The translations under genes were made by a program, and so were the position numbers. Positions 35,790-44,729 of a stretch of 52,293 nucleotides of DNA are shown here, in pieces; position 1 is the stretch's first letter, and each line of letters opens with the position of its first letter. Below the pieces are notes generated by a model. The model was given only the letters and a program-made list of their open reading frames with translations, made no database searches and had not been told where the DNA came from. The DNA comes from a virus (lineage: Duplodnaviria; Heunggongvirae; Uroviricota; Caudoviricetes; Ackermannviridae). Location: IMG/VR virus record IMGVR_UViG_2974499353_000001, positions 104,721-157,013 of that record. One strand, written 5' to 3'.

Positions 35790-37064
35790 ATGAACGAACC
35801 AATTGATCCAAAATCTTTTCCCAGCCAACCGCTTTCCCCCTATATCCCGATGCATCATATTGGGAAAGGTCCATACAAAACTATCTTTAATGTTCTTTCC
35901 CTTAACAGAGACCATATCCATTGGGAAGACTATCTCTATAAGCACACCCCATGCGAACTCGTTGCCAACCCTGAAACTAATCAGCAGGTCTGGTTCAAAC
36001 GTGAAGATTACTTCGCGCCGCTGTCTTGTTATATGAATGGTAAGCAGGGGATCAATGGTAGTAAATTGCGTCAGGCCATCTGGCTGATGGTTGAGCATTT
36101 AAAAGCCGGAGGCTCCCCAGACCTTATCCATGGTACAGTTGTTGGTAGTCCGCAGTCCCCTATGGCGACGGCAGTCTCTCGGCATTTCGGCGGCAAGACA
36201 ACTACAGTCCTGGGCGCGACCAAACCAACCACCTGTATGAACCACGATATGGTTAAGATGAGTGCATGGTTCGGCAGCGAATTCAACTTCGTCGGTTCGG
36301 GTTACAACAGCACTATCCAGCCGCGCTGCAAGAAATTGATTGAGCAGCAGAATCCAAAAGCATATTATCTAGAGTATGGGATCACTCTGGATCATACGTT
36401 GCATTCTCCGGAGAGGATTGCAGGATTTCATATGCTGGGCGGCGAGCAGGTTGCTAACATTCCGGACCATATCACAGATCTGATCATTCCTGCTGGTTCA
36501 TGTAATTCTTGTACCAGCATTTTGACAGGTCTGGCAATGCACCCGAAACCGAATCTGAAAAATGTATATCTGATCGGGATTGGTCCCAACCGTCTGGACT
36601 TTATTGAAAGCCGTTTGCGTATTATTGGAAAACAAGCTAATCTTCCGCACATAACGGATTTCACTCGTTGCTATCACGACAACCCAGATTATGTGTATGG
36701 TAAGAAGGATCTTCAGCATGCCTCTAAGAGCGTTTCGCTGGCTGGCCTCCTGATGGGTATCCGCGAGAAGGGAGAGCCGGAGATAACGCTCCCACGCTTT
36801 GCAGTACACCATTGGGATTTGCATACAACGAATTGGGTTCGCTATAATGACCTGATGGATTATCAGTGGGGTGGTATTGAGCTGCATCCTCGCTATGAAG
36901 GCAAGGTCATGACCTGGATCCAGCAGCATAAGCCAGAACTGCTCAACGAAAACGCTCTGTTCTGGATTGTTGGTAGCAAGCCGTATATTGAGCCAATGAA
37001 GGCAGCATGCCCCGAATTGTCTATGCCGGAACAAGTTCCTGTGAACGAGTTTACCCCTGATTGA
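35790..37064 (+). CDS. PLP-dependent (fold II) enzyme; putative decarboxylase of thymidine hypermodification (ViI gp226-like)
   Basis: KREDYF..INGSKLRQ Schiff-base Lys motif, PAGSCNS loop, YEGK; pathway assignment from recalled ViI 5-NeOmdU work. Confidence 0.75.
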   Translation: MNEPIDPKSFPSQPLSPYIPMHHIGKGPYKTIFNVLSLNRDHIHWEDYLYKHTPCELVANPETNQQVWFKREDYFAPLSCYMNGKQGINGSKLRQAIWLMVEHLKAGGSPDLIHGTVVGSPQSPMATAVSRHFGGKTTTVLGATKPTTCMNHDMVKMSAWFGSEFNFVGSGYNSTIQPRCKKLIEQQNPKAYYLEYGITLDHTLHSPERIAGFHMLGGEQVANIPDHITDLIIPAGSCNSCTSILTGLAMHPKPNLKNVYLIGIGPNRLDFIESRLRIIGKQANLPHITDFTRCYHDNPDYVYGKKDLQHASKSVSLAGLLMGIREKGEPEITLPRFAVHHWDLHTTNWVRYNDLMDYQWGGIELHPRYEGKVMTWIQQHKPELLNENALFWIVGSKPYIEPMKAACPELSMPEQVPVNEFTPD

Positions 37065-37070
37065 TCCCTC

Positions 37071-37101
37071 CTAAATACCCCATACAGCAAGTGTGGGGTA
37101 T
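37071..37101 (+). promoter_or_regulatory. Late promoter with anti-SD hairpin
   Basis: CTAAATACCCCATAC...GTGTGGGGTAT-CT-ATG. Confidence 0.75.
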
Positions 37102-37103
37102 CT

Positions 37104-37553
37104 ATGAAAACCTTCCTAGAATTCTATCGTGAATCAACATTGCCCGATTTTACGGATATTGTTTTATATCATGGGTCGAATGTTGAATTCGACGTCTTTT
37201 ATTTTGAAAAATTTGGCCAGACTGACTCTGGTACGATGGGTGCTGGATTTTACCTGACAGGGGATCCAGAAAAAGCGCAGATCTACGCGGAAAACGCCGC
37301 TCGCTATCGTCAATCTGGTGAACCTGTTGTCATGGCATTTCGTGTTAAGGCCAAGAAGACTCTGGTGATAGATTCTAATAACGTTTCTGTTTGGGAAAAC
37401 AAAATGCGTGAGTTGGGGATAGAACCTGGTAAGATTCACGATAATGTGAAGGAACTTATCAATAAAGGATTCGATTCCATAGCCTCTATGAGCGCTAATA
37501 ACGTTGAAGAAATGGTCGTGTTTAAACCAGGGCTGGCGAAGAGAGAAGCCTAA
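37104..37553 (+). CDS. Putative ADP-ribosyltransferase with capsid-targeting-like N-terminus
   Basis: LYHGS, GAGFYLT..P..A..YA, GFDSI...EEMVVF (H-Y-E pattern); N-terminus MKTFLEFYRE. Confidence 0.7.
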   Translation: MKTFLEFYRESTLPDFTDIVLYHGSNVEFDVFYFEKFGQTDSGTMGAGFYLTGDPEKAQIYAENAARYRQSGEPVVMAFRVKAKKTLVIDSNNVSVWENKMRELGIEPGKIHDNVKELINKGFDSIASMSANNVEEMVVFKPGLAKREA

Positions 37554-37588
37554 ATATCCCATAAGGTTTATCCATAGAGGAAACGAAC

Positions 37589-38047
37589 ATGCCAATTTCA
37601 AAATTATTTGAAGCCGATACACCAGCAGATATGCCTATCTGGACTGGGGTTCAAGACGGAACTACGATTGAATTCTTTGAGCGCGGGGAAACGGGTGCAG
37701 AAGAAATTTATGCATCGGTACAGGGCACGGATGTTGTCCGCGCTGCCGTAGCCCTTGCAACGTTCTTAGAAGACGCCCCAATTGACGGTATCCCGTTTGA
37801 AGCTCACGTGGATCCAGAAGATCCAACATCTATCATCATTACAGTTCAGGGTTCTGAATATACGTCTTATAGCATTGAACATGATGAAGAGACCGGAGCA
37901 CTGTTTATAGCAACGGATCTTCAATTGGAAGATGACGAGATTGAATATCTGAAACAGAATGGTCGCCTTCCAGAGTACTCTGACGAAGAATTGGATTCTG
38001 CGTTTGATGAAGTAGACGATGAAGACGACTTTTGGGATGGGAAATAA
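37589..38047 (+). CDS. Very acidic late protein (152 aa)
   Basis: CTAAATA at 37550-37556, SD GAGG; 41 D/E versus 6 K/R by hand count. Confidence 0.8.
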   Translation: MPISKLFEADTPADMPIWTGVQDGTTIEFFERGETGAEEIYASVQGTDVVRAAVALATFLEDAPIDGIPFEAHVDPEDPTSIIITVQGSEYTSYSIEHDEETGALFIATDLQLEDDEIEYLKQNGRLPEYSDEELDSAFDEVDDEDDFWDGK

Positions 38048-38049
38048 AC

Positions 38050-38070
38050 AAAGGGGCATTAAGCCCCTTT
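38050..38070. terminator. Bidirectional terminator
   Basis: AAAGGGGC-ATTAA-GCCCCTTT between convergent genes. Confidence 0.75.
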
Positions 38071-38083
38071 GTTGTTCTAAATT

Positions 38084-38629
38084 TTACTCCTTCACCTTCC
38101 TCGTTGGATATTGGTTAAAGAGTTTGCCCAACTTGGACATATTGATAATCGTCTGAGTCTTCCAGCGCTCGATCCCCTCTGGTGTAGTCACGGTCAGGAT
38201 TGAATACCCCCATACATGGGAACCATTCAGTACAGCCGCGCTGTGACCACCAATTTTGTTTTCCAGTTTACAAATGAAAGACTCATACTGCATCGCGGCG
38301 TTTCGACGTGCTTCCTTGACAAACAGAGCATGGCGCTCAGGATCAGCTTTGACAATATCCGGCTTCCCAGGTGTGTAAGAAGGATTCACTGCCTGGGTCA
38401 AAGAACGGTAGAGTGCGTGTTTTGATTTCATTCGTTGGTAATCTGGATCACCAAACTTGACGCCAACCGAAGACGGCCACGGAGCGCACTTCTCGACGTC
38501 CCAGTCGTTGGATGCCAGATCGTCCATTATGTTCTTGATGACTTTGTTCGCGTACTGCTCAGCAGCATTCTCAGCATCAACCAGCAGAGGCTCAACAGCG
38601 ATACGGACAGGAGTTTTTGGGGTGCTCAT
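38084..38629 (-). CDS. Hypothetical protein (181 aa)
   Basis: SD AAGGA before MSTPKT. Confidence 0.75.
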   Translation of the reverse strand: MSTPKTPVRIAVEPLLVDAENAAEQYANKVIKNIMDDLASNDWDVEKCAPWPSSVGVKFGDPDYQRMKSKHALYRSLTQAVNPSYTPGKPDIVKADPERHALFVKEARRNAAMQYESFICKLENKIGGHSAAVLNGSHVWGYSILTVTTPEGIERWKTQTIINMSKLGKLFNQYPTRKVKE

Positions 38630-38652
38630 GATATAGTCCTTCAGTTCAAAGT

Positions 38653-38670
38653 AAGCCCCCGAAGGGGCTT
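38653..38670 (-). terminator. UUCG hairpin terminator
   Basis: AAGCCCC-TTCG-GGGGCTT then ACTTT. Confidence 0.6.
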
Positions 38671-38677
38671 CAGTCAA

Positions 38678-39235
38678 TTAAATACGGGAATCCAGCCAGG
38701 CGTTCTTCTCGTTCTGCCATTCCCAAGCGGCCTGGCCGCCAGCCATCAGAACTTCTAAGGAAGGGGTGTTATCGTCTTCGCCGCCGTGGAGGTCAGGGTC
38801 GAATCCGTCGTCTTCCGGATCATCTTCACATTCGTTCTGATATGCGGAATATTCAATATAATGCGCTTCGGCTTCGCAATCCATGTCTCCCAGAGCAGTC
38901 TCAAGAGTCATTTTACCTTCGGCAATCAGCTCAGCCGTTGCGTCGTCCAGACCTGCGTCTTTCGCTTCAACAAAGAGTTCATGACGTTTCTGGAAGAGAA
39001 AGAATTGCATGGCGGCAGAACGTGAATCAAAGAATTCTTGACGAGGAGCGGTGATATCACGCCCATCAATTTTACTTACCATCACGACACGAGAACCGTA
39101 CTCAACCAGGAAGCGACCGCCTTTTACGGGGTTGCTGCCGTCAACTGTGCCCAAAGTGGTGATTACACGGCCTTCTTCGGTGCCGAACAATACAGTTTTG
39201 CCGGATTTAGATTGAGCGATAATTTCGATTGCCAT
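38678..39235 (-). CDS. Early hypothetical protein (185 aa) with acidic C-terminus
   Basis: SD AAGGA before MAIEII; promoter TTCAAT-N14-TCTAAT at 39279-39304. Confidence 0.75.
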   Translation of the reverse strand: MAIEIIAQSKSGKTVLFGTEEGRVITTLGTVDGSNPVKGGRFLVEYGSRVVMVSKIDGRDITAPRQEFFDSRSAAMQFFLFQKRHELFVEAKDAGLDDATAELIAEGKMTLETALGDMDCEAEAHYIEYSAYQNECEDDPEDDGFDPDLHGGEDDNTPSLEVLMAGGQAAWEWQNEKNAWLDSRI

Positions 39236-39330
39236 GATGTATTTCCTTCTCTTCAGATTGTTGTTTGTTCGTACTACAATTAGAAGTATACGCCAGTTAT
39301 TGAAGAAGTAAACTTTATTCAATAAATATT

Positions 39331-39543
39331 TTAATAAATTTTGAACTCTGCTCCTTTGTACACTGCTTTCCCTCGTTCTATGAGGCCGTCGGGGACAACC
39401 ACCTTTGTGGGCCATCCGCCGTCCGGTGCTTTGACAGTCAGGCGTGTCTTATGATCACCCAGCTGAATCTGTTCGTAAATCCTTCCTCTCACTATCGTCG
39501 CCCCGCCTTGGGTGACCAGCAATCTCTTGTTTACCACTTTCAT
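39331..39543 (-). CDS. Hypothetical protein (about 70 aa)
   Basis: Fills gap; SD AAGGA (start may be the GTG two codons later). Confidence 0.55.
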   Translation of the reverse strand: MKVVNKRLLVTQGGATIVRGRIYEQIQLGDHKTRLTVKAPDGGWPTKVVVPDGLIERGKAVYKGAEFKIY

Positions 39544-39561
39544 TCCTTAACACCAAAAGAA

Positions 39562-39579
39562 AGGGGAGTTTCCTCCCCT
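39562..39579 (-). terminator. Intrinsic terminator after holin candidate
   Basis: AGGGGAG-GAAA-CTCCCCT then TTCTTTT. Confidence 0.75.
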
Positions 39580-39584
39580 CTAAC

Positions 39585-40157
39585 TTATTTCTTCAGATCA
39601 GGCCACGCACCAGAGGTCGCAGTAGACCCAGCTGGGGGAGCAGACTCAAGATCGGGAGAACCCGACTGAGTAACAACAGTGGGATCTTTGTTAACCACTT
39701 TGACCCCAAACTGCTTGAGAGCATCCACAGCTTGCGCCTTCCGGCTGTTGCTTTTGTAATGGTTATACCCCTTGATACCGAATGATGCACTAATTGCTGT
39801 CAATAACGAATAGGTATACCATTCAGGTGCGGTATCGAGCGCCTGGAGGCCGTCGATTACTGCTTTGATGAAATCCCCTTTATGATACTCATCAGGGAAC
39901 AGAATTAGTTCCACAACCGGAGCAGTCATGACGAGGATAGCGGGAACAGCTAACACGATAGTCCAGAATTCGTCTTTCCAAGACCCGCCGACTTCGGTGA
40001 TCTTAGACAGCTCCCAATCTGAGGAGGACTTGATAGCCTCTAGCTTGACATCGTGTTTGGCCTGAACAACTTCCCGCTTGTATTGGATCAAATCAGTCCC
40101 GAGGTTCCAGAGTTGCTTGAGCGCCCCTGGGATCATACTCACAAAGGGGATTGCCAT
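39585..40157 (-). CDS. Putative holin (GTA 3TM-like family), 190 aa
   Basis: SWKDEFWTIVLAVP, G..AL..APEWY.Y.L...I.ASFG.K motifs; SD AAGGAG. Confidence 0.6.
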   Translation of the reverse strand: MAIPFVSMIPGALKQLWNLGTDLIQYKREVVQAKHDVKLEAIKSSSDWELSKITEVGGSWKDEFWTIVLAVPAILVMTAPVVELILFPDEYHKGDFIKAVIDGLQALDTAPEWYTYSLLTAISASFGIKGYNHYKSNSRKAQAVDALKQFGVKVVNKDPTVVTQSGSPDLESAPPAGSTATSGAWPDLKK

Positions 40158-40236
40158 AATAAACTCCTTGGTCATTGAACGTTCCTCGGCTAAATTACGG
40201 GGACGTGCTAACGGCACGGTTAACCGGAGACAAACA

Positions 40237-43233
40237 ATGACTGTTTTCTATACGAACGTTGCCCGACAGGGTAACGACCTTCTGATTCGTATTGCAGACG
40301 ACAACGGCAATCGCCGTATGTTGCGTAAGAAATTCGAACCCACCTTGTATTTACCCACAGCTGATTATTCCAAAGTTGAAAAGATTGGCCTCCTCAACGA
40401 ACCGTTGGTGTCTAAAAAGTTTGCATCAATGCGCGACGCTGACAACTATCTTGAGGAGTACAAGGAGGTCGAAGGCGCTGCGGTGTATGGACAAACGGAT
40501 TATGCATATCAATTCATCGCCCATAGTTTTCCTGGGATGATCACACCTGATTATTCAAATATCCACATCGCCAACGTGGATATCGAAGTGTTCTCGGCTG
40601 GTTGGCGTGACGGAGAAATGACTAAAGGTCCATTCCCACACGCAACGATTGAATCTCACACGTTTAAAGGCAGCGAGGCGCGGGTTCGTCGTTTCCATAA
40701 GCAAGTACTGGCCAACCATGATTTCGTTCGGGAGCATTTCCCTGGTTCCTTTATTTCCAACAACGTGACTGACCAATTCCCTATAATTGACAGTAACGGT
40801 AAAATCACGCAGAACATGAATGCGGCGTTCCCTATTACGCTGATACAGCTCCAAGATATGAATACCAATAAATTCTATGTCTGGGGCATGCCGTGTTCCA
40901 AGGATCGCGCGAAGTTCAGGTATGATGAGAACGATCCTGAAATCGGTGGGCTTCAGGTTGAGTATATGGAGTTCGTCACCGAGCAGGATCTGCTGCGTTC
41001 ATTCCTTAACTACTGGTCGCAGCGTCAATTTGATGGTTGGACTGGCTGGAACATCGAAACGTTTGATAGCCCGTACTTGGTTGAACGTATTACGCAGGTT
41101 CTTGGTGAATCCGAAGCCCAGCGTCTCAGTCCTTGGGGTAAACTGAAGAAACGTTTCATCAAAGACCGTAAAGGCGACGTGACTTCTTATCAATTCGTGG
41201 GTTGTCCTATGATGGACTACATGCAAGTTTACAAGAAACACACGTACACAACCCGCGAAAAATACTCACTGGATTGGATCGCTTATTGTGAACTCGGTGA
41301 GAAGAAGTTGGATTATAGTGAAAGCAAGTCATTGTATGATCTATATTTTAATGATTATTGCAAACACACCCGATATGGTATCAAAGACGTCAAACTCGTG
41401 TGGCGTTTAGAACAAAAGCTGCGTTTGATACAGCTGATGTTCGTATTGGCGTATCGCACCAAATCTAACTATGAAGACGGTCTGGGGACTGTAGCGCCAT
41501 GGCTGGCGATGTGTTACTATCGTCTTTATGAAAAAGGGATTGTCCCTAAAATACAGCGCGTATATGATGGTCCAACGGACTTTGAAGGCGCATATGTCAT
41601 GGAGGTTGCACCAGGGATATATTTCTGGGTATTCTCTGAGGACTTAAACTCCCTGTATCCCCACATCATACAGCAATACAACCTTGGTCCTGAGACTATC
41701 GTTTCTGACAAGCACACACGTCGCGATATCATTGAGTCCATGTGTGAAGAATTGACCAAAGCGATGAATGATATGACAACGCCAATGAACAAGCGCCGTC
41801 ATCTCAAAAATCTTCACGACAAGCTGCAGCGTGCTATTGATGAACGCATACAAGTTGTTGATGAATTGGTCGCGCTGGGTGAATTCCATTTTGAAACGTT
41901 ACGCCGTTATAACGTTTCTTTTACCCCGAACGTTCAGTTCTTCAGTAATGAGAAGATGTCTTTCCTTTCCGAAATTATGCGAGGCATATACGCTGACCGT
42001 AAAGGAGAGAAAGCAACTGGCCTGAAGTATGAGCAATGGGCTGGTTGGTGTAAGGAAATGTCTAAAGGTGATTTCCACCTTGAATCTGCCATGAAGTCTC
42101 GTTTCTACGATCCTGAATGGTATGAAGAACATAAGCATATCGACCTTGATCACCTGACTGAAGTCATGCACAAGTGGGAAGATTTGGGAGTTGCCCAAGA
42201 TACGTTACAACAAGGTCTGAAGATCTTGATGAACGCAGGATATGGCGCAATTTCTAACGTCTGGTTTAAAGAATACTTCAACATCAACATCGCTGAAGCA
42301 ATTACCACTTCCGGCCAGCTGATCAATAAATGGAACAAACGCCACACTGATGATTATCTGAACAAACTTTGTGGTACTACTGGTCAGGATTTTGTTATCG
42401 CAGGTGATACAGACTCCAATTATATTTGCATTGAACGCCTGGTCAAGCAATTGTGGCCTGAAGAAAAGGACCATCACAAACTCGTTGATAACATTGACCA
42501 ATGGATCAAAGAGAATTACCAGCCAAAAACCAGTGAATGGGCGCAGTTGTTGTGTAATACCATGAACGGGTTTGAGCAGCGCATGGTCTGGGAACGTGAG
42601 GTCATCGCATCGTCTGCTGTATGGCGAGCCAAGAAGATGTATTGCATGGCAGTATACGATAGCGAAGGCATCAAGTATGAGAAGCCAAAGATCAAATTCA
42701 AAGGTTTGGAAGCGCGTAAATCAACCACTCCTGAGTGGTGTCGTGAGCGTCTGGTTAAATGTTATGAGAAAGTCCTGCTCGGTACTGAGGCAGAGGTTCA
42801 GGAATTAATCGCTGGATACAAAAAGGAATATATGGAACTCACCGTGGATGATATCGCTCAGGCATCTGGTGTGAGCGATATTGAGAAGTGGTTAGACGCG
42901 AACGGGAATTACATCAGCGGTACGCACTTTGCTGCCAAGGCTTGTATTATGTACAACAAGCTGATCGATAAGCACGAAGATCTCGGTCTTCCCCCTATCG
43001 AATCTGGCGATAAGGTTAAAATCATCAACCTGAAACCTGGCAATCCTGTGGGGAATGATCGCATAGCCTTCCCTGACTTCCTTCCTCCAGAATTGGGATT
43101 GGATAAATGGGTGGATTACCACACCACGTTTGAAAAGACCTTTATAGAGCCAATTCAGTCTATCTTGGATGTGGTTGGTTGGTCTCATAAACGTCGAGTT
43201 AATCTGTTGTCCATGATGGGCAAGAAAGGTTGA
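40237..43233 (+). CDS. gp43: Family B DNA polymerase (998 aa)
   Basis: Exo DIE, GWNIETFD, YGIKD; Pol DLNSLYP, K...NAGYG, GDTDS; SD GGAG. Confidence 0.97.
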   Translation: MTVFYTNVARQGNDLLIRIADDNGNRRMLRKKFEPTLYLPTADYSKVEKIGLLNEPLVSKKFASMRDADNYLEEYKEVEGAAVYGQTDYAYQFIAHSFPGMITPDYSNIHIANVDIEVFSAGWRDGEMTKGPFPHATIESHTFKGSEARVRRFHKQVLANHDFVREHFPGSFISNNVTDQFPIIDSNGKITQNMNAAFPITLIQLQDMNTNKFYVWGMPCSKDRAKFRYDENDPEIGGLQVEYMEFVTEQDLLRSFLNYWSQRQFDGWTGWNIETFDSPYLVERITQVLGESEAQRLSPWGKLKKRFIKDRKGDVTSYQFVGCPMMDYMQVYKKHTYTTREKYSLDWIAYCELGEKKLDYSESKSLYDLYFNDYCKHTRYGIKDVKLVWRLEQKLRLIQLMFVLAYRTKSNYEDGLGTVAPWLAMCYYRLYEKGIVPKIQRVYDGPTDFEGAYVMEVAPGIYFWVFSEDLNSLYPHIIQQYNLGPETIVSDKHTRRDIIESMCEELTKAMNDMTTPMNKRRHLKNLHDKLQRAIDERIQVVDELVALGEFHFETLRRYNVSFTPNVQFFSNEKMSFLSEIMRGIYADRKGEKATGLKYEQWAGWCKEMSKGDFHLESAMKSRFYDPEWYEEHKHIDLDHLTEVMHKWEDLGVAQDTLQQGLKILMNAGYGAISNVWFKEYFNINIAEAITTSGQLINKWNKRHTDDYLNKLCGTTGQDFVIAGDTDSNYICIERLVKQLWPEEKDHHKLVDNIDQWIKENYQPKTSEWAQLLCNTMNGFEQRMVWEREVIASSAVWRAKKMYCMAVYDSEGIKYEKPKIKFKGLEARKSTTPEWCRERLVKCYEKVLLGTEAEVQELIAGYKKEYMELTVDDIAQASGVSDIEKWLDANGNYISGTHFAAKACIMYNKLIDKHEDLGLPPIESGDKVKIINLKPGNPVGNDRIAFPDFLPPELGLDKWVDYHTTFEKTFIEPIQSILDVVGWSHKRRVNLLSMMGKKG

Positions 43234-43266
43234 TTCAATAAACCAAAGGGGGATATAATTCCCCCT
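43234..43266 (+). promoter_or_regulatory. TTCAAT-N14-TATAAT promoter, -10 in hairpin loop
   Basis: AGGGGGA-TATAAT-TCCCCCT. Confidence 0.75.
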
Positions 43267-43293
43267 GTTATCCCTTTGACAACAGGTATTGTT

Positions 43294-43638
43294 ATGAAAC
43301 TCAATAAGATTCTTCTGGTGTGTGCTCTGGCTTTCTCTACCACTGCATGCTCTACCCTTCTGGACGTTGCGTCTACTGTTGACCTCGATGCGCCGACGTT
43401 CACCAATCAGCAAGCGGTGAATAAGATGGAAGACACCATCAAGGCACATGCTGCGTTGGATAACACCACTCCTGGTCCGTTGCAAACTGTTTGCAATTAT
43501 GATGATTCCATCCAGGAAGATGAAACCTATCACTGCACCACTTACGTGAAGGAATCTTCTGTGGTTCTGTATGCAGATTGCACAGAAGAGCAATGCACCG
43601 CAACTGGTTATGATCAAGTGGAGAAGTCTGATGAATAA
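43294..43638 (+). CDS. Lipoprotein (114 aa)
   Basis: MKLNK-hydrophobic-TTAC lipobox; additional Cys residues near the C-terminus. Confidence 0.75.
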   Translation: MKLNKILLVCALAFSTTACSTLLDVASTVDLDAPTFTNQQAVNKMEDTIKAHAALDNTTPGPLQTVCNYDDSIQEDETYHCTTYVKESSVVLYADCTEEQCTATGYDQVEKSDE

Positions 43639-44413
43639 TCATGTTGGTCTGTATGATGCCAATTCTAAAATCGGTGGAATGTATCGTATCCTGGTAGACG
43701 TAGACTTGACTTTGGTTGATAGCCTCTCCCCTTGGGTGGATTGGTTTAATATTTCCAATTCAAAAGCTGCTGCGGAAAACATGGGTTGTCATGATTATCC
43801 CAATGATTTCCAGCGTATCACCAAAGAGTGCTATATGGCTCATGCTGGTGATTTGGCGATCCTCATGCGGGAACGCGCTCACCCAGCATGGTTGACACGC
43901 CGTGTGTTTGTTGCTGGTCAATGGATGGATTCACCTACAGGACGTGATCCTATGGATTGGTGGCGCATGCCGGACCTGTATGCCAAGATGAACCCGCTTC
44001 CAGGCGCTTACGAGTTCCTGGTGAATCTGAAGAAGATCCTACTCGAAGACTTTGAAAATGTTGAATTGATCGCAGTATCTAAGTGTGAGCCAGAACACGA
44101 GCGCAGCAAGCGCCAGTTTGTCTATGACAAGTTCCCTGGCATCTTCAACGGGTTTGTCAGCACCGACGAAAAGCATCTTTTGGCAGGTGATGTTTTAATT
44201 GATGATAACCCGAAATACGTTGAACCCTGTGCGATGAACAATATTTTTGTCATCTTTGTTCCTCAGGGAAATTATGAAAAACTGGATCTTTCGAACTCGG
44301 AAGATATGCTTTATATTAAACCAGTAGAAGGCCAGAACCACTTCGACTTCCTGAACCGTAATATTGTCGAAGTGGTGAATCGCCTGATTGGCCATTATCA
44401 ATACGTCCGTTGA
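43631..44413 (+). CDS. HAD-family 5'(3')-deoxyribonucleotidase
   Basis: ILVDVDLTLVD, PLPGA.E, K..L.GDVLIDD motifs. Confidence 0.85.
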   Translation: MNNHVGLYDANSKIGGMYRILVDVDLTLVDSLSPWVDWFNISNSKAAAENMGCHDYPNDFQRITKECYMAHAGDLAILMRERAHPAWLTRRVFVAGQWMDSPTGRDPMDWWRMPDLYAKMNPLPGAYEFLVNLKKILLEDFENVELIAVSKCEPEHERSKRQFVYDKFPGIFNGFVSTDEKHLLAGDVLIDDNPKYVEPCAMNNIFVIFVPQGNYEKLDLSNSEDMLYIKPVEGQNHFDFLNRNIVEVVNRLIGHYQYVR

Positions 44414-44423
44414 GGAGGACATC

Positions 44424-44729
44424 GTGCAAGAACAATCTAAGTTTGGGGAAACCCCAGACAAGCGTTCCGGTGATAGCGATATGGATGGCGTTATTATCCA
44501 TGTGAACAACTTCATTCGTAAACAAACCACACCCACTTCCGTTGGTGCGGCGCTGGAGTTAAAGCGTGTTCTGATAGAAAACGGTATGGCACCAGATGAC
44601 GATGAAATTTTCTATAACTTCGACGACCAGTATAAAGTGAAGTTTGAAGAGAATGGCCGCCCACAGGTTGCTGTGTTCTGGGCACCATGGATGGGCGGTG
44701 TGAGCTGGCGTATTGAGGAAGATGCATAA
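44424..44729 (+). CDS. Hypothetical protein (101 aa)
   Basis: SD GAGGAGG before GTG 44424. Confidence 0.7.
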   Translation: MQEQSKFGETPDKRSGDSDMDGVIIHVNNFIRKQTTPTSVGAALELKRVLIENGMAPDDDEIFYNFDDQYKVKFEENGRPQVAVFWAPWMGGVSWRIEEDA

